Source: an uncultured Ruminococcus sp.
GTDB taxonomy: Bacteria > Bacillota > Clostridia > Oscillospirales > CAG-382
Length of the DNA: 64,000 bases
NCBI GenBank assembly: GCA_964571635.1
Contig: CAZNCN010000003.1
Span: 28,007-92,006 of the forward strand
Direction: 5' to 3'
Within the stretch, counting starts at the first letter, position 1, and each line of letters starts with the position of its first letter. Shown piece by piece: positions 47,340 through 55,931 of this stretch. The position numbers were made by a program, and so were the translations under genes. The notes under the pieces were generated by a model that was given only the letters and a program-made list of their open reading frames with translations, was not told where the DNA came from and did not search any database.

Positions 47340-48104
47340 TCAAAAATCGATGCGAATAACCGCCTTATCGTCGGCATATGGCTTGTCGTACGGTGCGGAT
47401 GCGGTCAGCATCTCGTCTGTCGACATTGAAAGTATGCGCTCGACAGGCTCACTTTGCAGGAATCCCGCCAGTCCGTCAGAGCTGAGCAATATCGTATCGC
47501 CCGCCTTTATCTCTGTAAACGAGCTTTCGAGCAGGTCGGCAAGCTCGGGATCGCCGTTGAAAATGCCGTACGCCATATCACTCTCGGGGTGATTGCAGAC
47601 CTCGGCGTATATGCGCTCCTTGCTATAGCCGCTTTTTGCGACCGCAAGTGTCTGTTGTCTTGTTATCAGCCTGCGCTGACCGTTTGAAAAATGCAAGCCT
47701 ATGCAGTCGCCTGCCCAGACGCAGCACAAAGTGTTGCCCGACAAAACGGCGGCTATGCCGACCGCTCCGGGGGTAAAACGCCACTCTGCCATCGTTTTGC
47801 TGTTGCGATAAGGCATTATTGCGGCGTTGGCGTTCACAAGCACCTCACGCAAGGCAGTTTCGAGTGCCGTCGGCTCTAAGCCTGCGAGCCTTGGCGCTTT
47901 GGGCATAATGCTGTCACGCAATATCCTGTCGATTTGGCAGGCATAGCTGTCGCCCGAGCCGTCGTATTCCTCATGGGGGCGAGTTATGCCGTCGAGTATC
48001 AAAAACAATCCGCTTGCCTCATCGATACAGATAAGGTCCTCGTTGGGCTTGCCTATGTTTCTGTCGTTTATGCATGTTGATGTTGAAAGTTTAAAACCGA
48101 TCAA
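47340..48104 (-). CDS. PP2C-family (PPM/SpoIIE-like) serine/threonine phosphatase, 254 aa
   Basis: The TTG start lies 2 nt after the upstream stop, and a GGGAGG SD sits inside the end of the upstream gene. Motifs are KPNEDL, LFLILDGITR, VWAGDCIG, ILLSSDGL and DDKAVIRI. Confidence 0.8.
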   Translation of the reverse strand: MIGFKLSTSTCINDRNIGKPNEDLICIDEASGLFLILDGITRPHEEYDGSGDSYACQIDRILRDSIMPKAPRLAGLEPTALETALREVLVNANAAIMPYRNSKTMAEWRFTPGAVGIAAVLSGNTLCCVWAGDCIGLHFSNGQRRLITRQQTLAVAKSGYSKERIYAEVCNHPESDMAYGIFNGDPELADLLESSFTEIKAGDTILLSSDGLAGFLQSEPVERILSMSTDEMLTASAPYDKPYADDKAVIRIDF

Positions 48105-48106
48105 AA

Positions 48107-49624
48107 TTATACCTCCCGAGGCGCTATACCGAATTTGCGGCGAATAGCACCAACTATAAGCTCGATATGCTTTGTCGACGTTGGATCATCCGAACGCCTT
48201 ATAAAATCTCCCGCATCTGTAAAGGTCGATAAAAAGCTGACCATCTTTTCGCTGCCGAAATCTGCGCGATATATAGCCGACTCGTCGCTCTTCCTTATCG
48301 TATCTATCATTATTCTCGACGGGATCTCGCCCGTGAGATTGACGGCAAAAAACATCGAACTGATCATTTCGCCTGTCGACTTTGCCTTTGCGCACAAAAG
48401 CTGTATTTCTTTTGAAAGCGGTGCGCTCAAAACAGACTGCCAGCCGAGATAAAACATCACGCCGACGCAGTTTTTGTCGCGTATTCTTTCGGCGACTGTC
48501 ACATCCCAATCGTTGCCTGCGAGTACAGCACCGTGGTCATAGAGAAACGGAACGCGTCGCAAAGCAAGCTCGAGCATATCGCAATAGACACTCTTATAAT
48601 CACAACGGTTATAGCAGATAAAAACATATTTGCCGCCGTATGTGTTGGCAGGAGGAAACGACATCAGATCGTGCTCGCTCTCTGACTCAATTATTTCTTG
48701 CTTTAAAGAAAGAATATTGCTTTCGTTAACATCGGTGCCGACATAGGCTCGTGCCTCGTCGAGCTCATCCTCGAGGTCGAATATCCTCGATGATATCTCG
48801 TCACGCAGGCTTTGATAGTCGCCGACACGCGATATATAATCGCCCCTGTTGAGGTCCTCAAGATAGACGGCTTTTTCGCAATCATCGCGTGCATCATACA
48901 GCACTCTCAGCGTTTGCCCATTCGCATTTGATGTATCTGCAAGATAATAATGCAGCTTTGCACGAATGAAATAATATTTTGCATAATTAGAGTTGTATTC
49001 TATCGCAGACTCTATGGCATTGAGTGCAAGATCTCGGTCGTCGGCAGAAACACGCATATTCTTTGAAAGCATGATAGAAACCGTCGAGGCGAACGAGCAG
49101 CTCACGCCGACGTTCTCGACTCCCAGGCTTTCAAGCATTCTGATAGCACGGCGTGCATCGAACAGTGCAGCATCAAGATCATTCTTTTTTGCACCGCGCT
49201 TGTCACTGCGAGAGATGAGGTCATATACAAGCGGCATATCTCTGAATATTTCGGTGCACCTGTGCTCGCTGTCGTCAAGCAAAATATGCATTTCTTCGGT
49301 CTGCTTATCAGAAACATAATAGGTGATAAGGATAAAAAATGCCGCAAAGCCCCTGAGCCTTGTCTTGCTCGGAGGTGTCGTATATTTCTCGTCAAAGGCG
49401 GCATGGTATATGCGTTTTAATATATCCGCCATCTGCACACCATAGTTTGCGGCAAGCCAAGAGGCAAGATATGAAAACGAATAGTCATAAACGCCGTATT
49501 CTGTGACGAGCCTGTCAAGCATCTCGCAGACAGTCTCTTCGCTGACGGTGTTGCCAACCAAATGCTCTGCGTATATGCAAAACTCGACCACATTCGCTCT
49601 CATGGCTTCGAATGTTTCATTCAT
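48107..49624 (-). CDS. Helical-repeat (TPR-like) protein with C-terminal TIR-like domain, 505 aa
   Basis: The start is at MNETFEAM with an AAAGGAGG RBS. The C-terminal part shows a TIR pattern: KYVFICYNRCDYKSV..., PFLYDHG..., VGVMFYLGWQSVLSAPLSKEIQLL. No signal peptide or TM segment is present. Confidence 0.7.
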   Translation of the reverse strand: MNETFEAMRANVVEFCIYAEHLVGNTVSEETVCEMLDRLVTEYGVYDYSFSYLASWLAANYGVQMADILKRIYHAAFDEKYTTPPSKTRLRGFAAFFILITYYVSDKQTEEMHILLDDSEHRCTEIFRDMPLVYDLISRSDKRGAKKNDLDAALFDARRAIRMLESLGVENVGVSCSFASTVSIMLSKNMRVSADDRDLALNAIESAIEYNSNYAKYYFIRAKLHYYLADTSNANGQTLRVLYDARDDCEKAVYLEDLNRGDYISRVGDYQSLRDEISSRIFDLEDELDEARAYVGTDVNESNILSLKQEIIESESEHDLMSFPPANTYGGKYVFICYNRCDYKSVYCDMLELALRRVPFLYDHGAVLAGNDWDVTVAERIRDKNCVGVMFYLGWQSVLSAPLSKEIQLLCAKAKSTGEMISSMFFAVNLTGEIPSRIMIDTIRKSDESAIYRADFGSEKMVSFLSTFTDAGDFIRRSDDPTSTKHIELIVGAIRRKFGIAPREV

Positions 49625-49655
49625 ATTGTCGCCTCCTTTGAATACTCTACAAACT

Positions 49656-49684
49656 ATTATAATACACCGCAAAGCTTTTTGCAA
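49656..49684 (-). promoter_or_regulatory. Sigma-A promoter for the TIR-PP2C operon
   Basis: On the minus strand: TTGCAA, 17-nt spacer, TATAAT. An imperfect 8-bp hairpin overlaps the -35 element. Confidence 0.55.
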
Positions 49685-49747
49685 GCACAAAAAGCCTGCA
49701 ACCCGTCTTCTGTCAGCTTTTTGCACAACAAACGCACAATAAAACTG

Positions 49748-49776
49748 TTGCATTTCTGCATTCGTGATGTTATAAT
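49748..49776 (+). promoter_or_regulatory. Sigma-A promoter for the alpha-galactosidase gene
   Basis: TTGCAT, 17-nt spacer, TATAAT, with TGt at the extended -10 position. Confidence 0.55.
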
Positions 49777-49824
49777 CACATTGAGGCCAAGAGCCGCAAA
49801 CATATTATTACGGAGGATATTTTT

Positions 49825-50958
49825 ATGATAGTCACCAGACCGCCGATGGGCTGGAACTCATGGAACACTTTTGCATCCAACATCAACGAACAGCTTATCA
49901 AGGAAACCGCCGATATCATGGTCGAGAGCGGACTGCGCGACGCAGGCTATGATTATCTTGTTATCGACGACTGCTGGTCGCTGCCCGAGCGCGACGAAAA
50001 CGGCAGGATCGTCCCCGACCCTGCAAAATTCCCCAACGGAATGAAGGCCGTTGCCGATTATGTGCACTCAAAGGGGCTCAAATTCGGCATGTATTCCTGC
50101 AACGGCAACCTGACCTGCGCAGGTTTCCCCGGCTCATTCGAGCACGAATTTGTTGACGCAGAGACATTTGCAGAATGGGGCGTTGACTATTTAAAATACG
50201 ACAACTGCTTCAGACCCATGCATCAGCCCGGTGAGCTGCTTTACCGCCGCATGGGACTCGCATTGGCAAACTGCGGCAGAGACATATGCTTTTCTGCCTG
50301 CAACTGGGGCATTGACAACTCTCCCGACTGGATCAAGACCACAGGTGCGCACCTCTGGCGCTCGACCGGTGACATATTTGACAAGTGGGAGTCTGTCAAG
50401 GAGCTTTCTATGCATCAGCTCGAATTGCTCACACGCAACGGACAGGGCTGCTTTAACGACATGGACATGCTCGTCGTCGGTATGCACGGCAACGGACACG
50501 TCGGCATGGGCGGCATGACGTTTGAAGAATACAAGACACACTTCTCTATCTGGTGTTTCCTCGGTTCGCCGCTTATGATAGGCTGCGACATCCGCAATAT
50601 GGATGACGAAACAAAGCAAATACTGTTCAACAAAGAGATCATCGCCATCGACCAGGACGCTGCCTACCGTCAGCCCTTCACCATCGGCGACAGCTGGGGC
50701 AACAGAGAGGTATGGGTCATGGGACGTCACCTTGAAAACGGCGACATTGCCATCGGCATGTTCAACCTCTGCGACAGCGATTCGTGGCCTATCTTCTCAC
50801 TTGACGCGCTCGGACTCAACCGTTCAACAGGCATGACTCTCGAGATGACCGACGTCTGGTCGGGCGAAAAGGTCAAGGTGTCCAACGAAATGTTCAGACT
50901 CCCCTGCCTGCCTGCGCACACCTGCCGCGTATTCAGAGCCAAGGTCGTAAAGGCATAA
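49825..50958 (+). CDS. Alpha-galactosidase (GH27)
   Basis: The motifs PPMGWNSWN, YLVIDDCW and YLKYDNC are present, with a C-terminal beta-sandwich region. Confidence 0.9.
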   Translation: MIVTRPPMGWNSWNTFASNINEQLIKETADIMVESGLRDAGYDYLVIDDCWSLPERDENGRIVPDPAKFPNGMKAVADYVHSKGLKFGMYSCNGNLTCAGFPGSFEHEFVDAETFAEWGVDYLKYDNCFRPMHQPGELLYRRMGLALANCGRDICFSACNWGIDNSPDWIKTTGAHLWRSTGDIFDKWESVKELSMHQLELLTRNGQGCFNDMDMLVVGMHGNGHVGMGGMTFEEYKTHFSIWCFLGSPLMIGCDIRNMDDETKQILFNKEIIAIDQDAAYRQPFTIGDSWGNREVWVMGRHLENGDIAIGMFNLCDSDSWPIFSLDALGLNRSTGMTLEMTDVWSGEKVKVSNEMFRLPCLPAHTCRVFRAKVVKA

Positions 50959-51158
50959 TGGACTGCATCACCTGCGGCAAAAAGCTGACCGCAGACGACG
51001 TGGGCGCAACAAAAAAGCTCATCAACCGCGGAGCCACCGAATTTCTGTGCATCGACTGCCTCGCAAAGCGTTTTAACGTCACAAGAGAGCTGATCGAGCA
51101 GAAGATAGTCGCGTGGAAGCGCATGGGCTGCCTTTTGTTCCCACCCGAAAACAAATAG
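50958..51158 (+). CDS. Small zinc-ribbon protein (66 aa), hypothetical
   Basis: It has CITCG...CIDC (four Cys). Its ATG overlaps the TAA of the GH27 gene by 1 nt. Confidence 0.55.
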   Translation: MDCITCGKKLTADDVGATKKLINRGATEFLCIDCLAKRFNVTRELIEQKIVAWKRMGCLLFPPENK

Positions 51159-51234
51159 CAATAAAAAGCACCGCATCGTCGGTGCTTTTTTGTTTTGCCC
51201 TGCATATTCTGTAGCAAAAGGAGGATAAACTTTT

Positions 51235-52241
51235 GTGAAAGAATATTTCGCCGGAGGCAATACCGCCGACGGCTTTATAAATTACCTGCCGTATGCAGCA
51301 AAGGGCAAAAGCAAAATTTGGATAATGCGTGGCTGTCCGGGCTGCGGCAAAAGCACTTTTTTAAAAAAGCTGTCAAAGGCGCATTTGCCAAAGGGCTATA
51401 TCACGAGCTGATATACTGCTCCTCTGACCCGTCGTCGCTTGACGGAATAGTCATTCCCGAAATGAGCTTTGCGATATTCGACGGCACTTCGCCGCACACG
51501 CTCGAGGTCAGATATCCGCTCGCAGTCGAACGCGAGATAGACCTGTCCGCATTCTGCCGTGAGCCAACAGACAGCGCCAAAGCAGAGATAAAAGAGCTCA
51601 TAGACCGCAAAAAGCAATTATACAGGCGAGGCTATATGCTGCTTTCCGCCGCCGAAATGGTCAAAAATTCGTTTTATGAAAAGACAGACGAATATATTCT
51701 GCGCGGCAAGATAGCAAAATACGCAGCTCGTGTGTCGCAAAAGACGCTTCAGTCGGGCGATGACACATTCATGCAGATAACAGCCTTCGGAGGTGAAGGC
51801 ATACGGCGTCTTCATGGCGCGCTTGAAAGCGATGCAAAAACGATATATTATATCTCCGACATCGGCTTTGGCGTCAGAGAAAGGCTTTTTGAGGCGATAG
51901 TCAGCAGCACGGGAGGCAAAAAGAGGATATTGTCGTTTGATGCCTTTTCGTCAAAGCGCTGCACCGACATTCTGGTCGGCGACACACTCTTCACCTCATC
52001 AGACATCAAAGGTGCAAAAAAGGTGTCAGCAAAGCGTTTTTTGTCGCACGAAGCGATTTCAAAGCTCGGAAAAGAGCGCAAGCAGATATCAGAGCAGTAC
52101 GCCATACTGACCGAAAAAGCCAAAGTGCTTTTTGCCGCCGCTTCTCTCTTGCACGGCGAGATAGAGGCATATTATACCCCTCTCATCGACATCGAAGCAC
52201 TTAACGCCCATGAAGCAAAGCTTTTGGCAGAATTGCTTTAA
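51235..52241 (+). pseudogene. Uncharacterised P-loop ATPase requiring a -1 frameshift at 51363-51369 (frameshifted, sequencing error or recoded)
   Basis: A GTG start has an AAAGGAGG RBS. Frame 1 encodes VKEYFAGGNTADGF...GCPGCGKSTFLKK and then stops at 51409. The -1 frame continues AVKGAFAKGLYHELIYCSSDPSSLDG... to 52241. The junction is a T6A6 run. Confidence 0.7.
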
Positions 52242-52291
52242 CATAACCAAGCGCCCTCCTGCATATGCTTTTGCAGGAGGGCATTCTTATT

Positions 52292-52738
52292 ATGGATATG
52301 ACATTTTTAAAGGCTGTGCTCAAGGGAGCACTTATAGGGCTTGCGTGTATCGCGGCAGTTTCGATAATAACCGCACTCGCTCTGACCATGGTGACAGATC
52401 CGCTTGCATTGATAACCGCCTGTGCAATGATCGCAGATTTTGCAGGCGGAGCAGCAGCCGCCATTGCGGCGATCTCGTTCAGAAAGCAAAAGCCCCTGCC
52501 GACAGCCGTCTGTGCAGGAGCCGTTGTATGTCTTGTTTTGTGCATTCTTTCGCTTATATCGGGCTGTGTCGACAGACTTTGGTCTGCGCTTGCAATAACC
52601 CTGCTCGGCTCATTGATCGGTGCACTCGTACCCGCTATACACGGCAGCAAGAGCAAGCGCCCGAGATTGCAGCAGGCGCACAGAAAGGGAATGGCAAAAA
52701 GGCAACATCAGTCGCCGCTCAATATTCCTATGCAATAA
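52292..52738 (+). CDS. Small multi-pass membrane protein, hypothetical
   Basis: It has about four hydrophobic segments and a basic C-terminal tail. The start is uncertain (52265, 52292 or 52298). Confidence 0.55.
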   Translation: MDMTFLKAVLKGALIGLACIAAVSIITALALTMVTDPLALITACAMIADFAGGAAAAIAAISFRKQKPLPTAVCAGAVVCLVLCILSLISGCVDRLWSALAITLLGSLIGALVPAIHGSKSKRPRLQQAHRKGMAKRQHQSPLNIPMQ

Positions 52739-53373
52739 TCGCGGTATATCAAATAATGCTCGTGCAATGTTATGCCGTTTGACGAAAGCGACGAAATAAT
52801 GCGTGCTGTCGAATCAAGGTCTGATTGCGACGGTATCATAGGGCCGCTTGGATGGTTGTGTGCTATGATAACATTGTGGCTCTCATACATCAAAGCTCGC
52901 TCAGTGATGTCTCGTATTCTGAAATCCGCGCCGTTTATGCTGCCGCGATAAAGCATTGTGGCGTCAAGCATAAAGCCGTTTTCGTCAAGGCATAAGAGCA
53001 TGACGAACTCCTGCTTGAGCCCCTCAAAGCTGCTTATCAAAAATTTCGATGCCGCTTCGCTCTCAAAATAATTGACGTCTGTGCGTTCGTTTTTTGGCAA
53101 TACACGCTTTGACAGCTCGGGCAGCATCTTTATAAGCATTGCGGTATGAGCCGAAACGCCGCACTGCTCTGTAAGCTCGGTGGCGTCGGCACTTGCAATG
53201 CTTTGCAGATTGCCGTATTTTTCGATAAGTGCAGACGCAATAGGTCTTGTGTCACGCCTCGGGATAGCGTATGTCAAAAGCAATTCGAGCACCGTCAGGT
53301 CGTCAAATGCCGACGATGATTGCAAAAAGCGTTCTTTGAGGCGTTCTCTGTGACCGCTGTTTATATCATCCAT
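52708..53373 (-). CDS. radC: RadC-family JAB/MPN domain protein
   Basis: The start is at MDDINSGHRERLKERF. An HhH region and the JAMM motif HNHPSG...SQSD are present. Confidence 0.85.
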   Translation of the reverse strand: MDDINSGHRERLKERFLQSSSAFDDLTVLELLLTYAIPRRDTRPIASALIEKYGNLQSIASADATELTEQCGVSAHTAMLIKMLPELSKRVLPKNERTDVNYFESEAASKFLISSFEGLKQEFVMLLCLDENGFMLDATMLYRGSINGADFRIRDITERALMYESHNVIIAHNHPSGPMIPSQSDLDSTARIISSLSSNGITLHEHYLIYRDYCIGILSGD

Positions 53374-53549
53374 ATGATCTGCACGCCGAAACACGCACGG
53401 CAAATTTAAAGATAAATGACAAAAACATTTTATACGCCTCCCTTTAACATTATAATACACAAAATATGCCCTGTTGTCAATGCTAATTAATGCTTGCAAA
53501 ATTTGTGCCTATGTGCTATAATAATCGTGAATAATGGGGGTAGTTTGCC

Positions 53550-55919
53550 ATGAAAATTGACAATAAGTCCTTCGCTATATTAAAACGCAAGGCATTTGAA
53601 GCTTATTTTGCAAAACTTAACGATCGTCAGAGAGAGGCAGTATTTAAAACCGACGGTCCTTTGCTCGTGCTTGCAGGGGCAGGCAGCGGCAAAACGACCG
53701 TGCTTGTCAACCGCATTGCATGCATAATCTGCTTTGGCAATGCGTATGAGAGCGACCTTGTGCCCGAAAACGCGGCAGAGATCGCCGCACAGCTTGAATC
53801 TGCTATGCAAAAAGATGACCGCATCGCTCTGCGTGATGCGCTTAAACAATGTGCTGTTGCGCCGGCAAGACCCGATGAGGTGCTTTGTCTGACCTTCACC
53901 AACAAGGCGGCAGGCGAGTTTAAAGAAAGACTCGGCAAGCTGCTGGGCGACGACGCCCAGGGGATATGGGCAGGCACGTTCCATTCTATCTGCGTGCGCA
54001 TACTCAGGCGCTATATAAACAGGCTGGGGTACGATAACTCGTTTGCCATCTATGATGCCGAGGATTCAAAAAAGCTTATAACCGACATAATCAAGCGCAT
54101 ATGCTCGAGCAACGATGTTATTCAGCCAAAGGCAATAATGTCTGCCATTTCGCGTGCCAAAAACAACGGTATGTGCCCCGAGGCGTTTGCCGACGACATA
54201 GGCACTGACGAAAGGCTTCGCATCATCTCACGAGTTTATACCGAATATCAAAAATCGCTCAAAAACAGCAACGCGCTCGATTTTGACGATATTATCATGC
54301 TCACCAACGAGCTTTTATCGACAGATGCCAACGTGCTCGCACATTACCGTGAGCAATTCAAATACATACTCTGCGACGAATATCAAGACACAAACCCTGC
54401 GCAAAGCCGTCTGGTATATGCGCTGGCAGGCGACAGGCACAACATCTGTGTCGTCGGCGACGACGATCAGAGCATATATCGCTTCAGGGGCGCTACAGTC
54501 GAGAATATACTCAATTTCACAGACGAATATCCCGAAGCCAAGGTCGTCAGGCTCGAGCAGAACTACCGCTCGACAGGCAACATTCTGGGTGCTGCCAACA
54601 GCATCATAGCTCACAACGAGACAAGGCTCGGCAAAAACCTTTGGACATCGGCAGAGGACGGCGATCCCGTCGCTGTCAAGCATCAGTACACACAGAGCGA
54701 AGAAGCGTCATACATCATGAACTGCATTCGCAGCAAGGTCGCCTCGGGTGAATATCACTATCGTGATTTTGCCGTGCTTATGCGTATGAACGGGCAGAGC
54801 AACGCCATCGAGATCATTCTCAGCAAGAGCCGCGTGCCGTATCGCGTGTACGGCGGCGTGAGATTTTACGAGCGGCGTGAGATCAAGGATATTCTCGCAT
54901 ACCTCTCGCTGCTGGTCAATCCTGCGGACGATACGAGGCTTATGCGCATAATCAACCTGCCGAAGCGTGGCATAGGTCAGACCACCATCGACCGAGTCAG
55001 AGAACTTGCCATTCAGCACGGTATGTCGATGTATGAAACCATCAAGCATTCTGCGGCGATGCCAGATCTGCACAAGGTCGCACCAAAGCTTGGCGCCTTT
55101 GTTGACATTATCGAAGATCTGAAGTCCGACAGCACCAGCTTGCCGCTGGACGAGCTAATAAATTCGGTCATCAAAAAGACAGGCTATCTTGATATGCTCA
55201 AGGAAGAAGAGGACGGAGCTTTGCGTGAAGAGAACCTTGGCGAGCTTGTTTCGAGTGCTGTGATGTACTTAGAAACGACGCCAGAGCAAGAGCACACGCT
55301 CGCAAGCTTCCTCGAGGATCTTGCATTGGTCAGCGACGTTGACGATTATAACGCCGACGATGATGCAGTCACGCTCATGACTGTTCACTCGGCAAAGGGA
55401 CTTGAGTTCCCCGTCGTGTTCGTTCCCGGCTTTGAAGAGGGCATGTTCCCCTCCTCACAAAGCATCGGAGAGCCCGGCGGCATCGAAGAGGAGCGCAGGC
55501 TCGCCTATGTCGCCATAACACGTGCAAAAAAGCAGGTCGTGCTATTGCACACAACAACAAGGCTGCTTTACGGCAAAACGACCAACAATCCGCCGTCGCG
55601 CTTCATCGAAGAGATAGACAAAAAATATGTCGGTGATGCCGAGACATTCTCGCCTGTTCACACCACCGAATCAAAGCGCAGATACGCCGCAAGCCGTGAT
55701 TCTTTCAGGCAGATGACTGCTTCGGTCGCAGCACAAAGATCAGACAGTGCATCGGTTTACGCCGCAGGCGACAGGGTCAGGCACGCCGTTTTCGGCGTCG
55801 GCACGGTCGTCAGCGCAGAAATACTGAGTGGTGATGTGCTTTACGAGATCGATTTCGACTCGGTCGGCAACAAGCGGCTCATGGGCAATTATGCCAAGCT
55901 CACAAAACAAGAGGAGTAG
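53550..55919 (+). CDS. pcrA: ATP-dependent DNA helicase PcrA/UvrD (SF1)
   Basis: The motifs AGAGSGKT, DEYQDTN, VGDDDQSIYRFRGA, QNYRS, TVHSAKGLEF and VAITRAK are present. Confidence 0.95.
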   Translation: MKIDNKSFAILKRKAFEAYFAKLNDRQREAVFKTDGPLLVLAGAGSGKTTVLVNRIACIICFGNAYESDLVPENAAEIAAQLESAMQKDDRIALRDALKQCAVAPARPDEVLCLTFTNKAAGEFKERLGKLLGDDAQGIWAGTFHSICVRILRRYINRLGYDNSFAIYDAEDSKKLITDIIKRICSSNDVIQPKAIMSAISRAKNNGMCPEAFADDIGTDERLRIISRVYTEYQKSLKNSNALDFDDIIMLTNELLSTDANVLAHYREQFKYILCDEYQDTNPAQSRLVYALAGDRHNICVVGDDDQSIYRFRGATVENILNFTDEYPEAKVVRLEQNYRSTGNILGAANSIIAHNETRLGKNLWTSAEDGDPVAVKHQYTQSEEASYIMNCIRSKVASGEYHYRDFAVLMRMNGQSNAIEIILSKSRVPYRVYGGVRFYERREIKDILAYLSLLVNPADDTRLMRIINLPKRGIGQTTIDRVRELAIQHGMSMYETIKHSAAMPDLHKVAPKLGAFVDIIEDLKSDSTSLPLDELINSVIKKTGYLDMLKEEEDGALREENLGELVSSAVMYLETTPEQEHTLASFLEDLALVSDVDDYNADDDAVTLMTVHSAKGLEFPVVFVPGFEEGMFPSSQSIGEPGGIEEERRLAYVAITRAKKQVVLLHTTTRLLYGKTTNNPPSRFIEEIDKKYVGDAETFSPVHTTESKRRYAASRDSFRQMTASVAAQRSDSASVYAAGDRVRHAVFGVGTVVSAEILSGDVLYEIDFDSVGNKRLMGNYAKLTKQEE

Positions 55920-55931
55920 ATTTTAACCACT

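Noticed and set aside
51195-51356. The TTG start at 51195 given by the ORF track for the 348-aa ATPase ORF.
   Set aside because: It has no RBS, and its first ~55 codons (MPCIFCSKRRINFCERIFRRRQ...) are an out-of-frame read of the true N-terminus. The real N-terminus starts at GTG 51235 behind AAAGGAGG and carries the Walker A motif.
52708-52738. A 31-nt convergent overlap between the membrane-protein gene and radC.
   Set aside because: It is probably just tail-to-tail overlap of 3' ends, and the exact end of either gene is not in doubt. It has no evident regulatory meaning.
55920-55931. I expected a T-box leader upstream of valS, as is common in Firmicutes.
   Set aside because: Only 12 nt separate the pcrA stop from the valS start, so there is no room for a leader. 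valS appears to be co-transcribed with pcrA.
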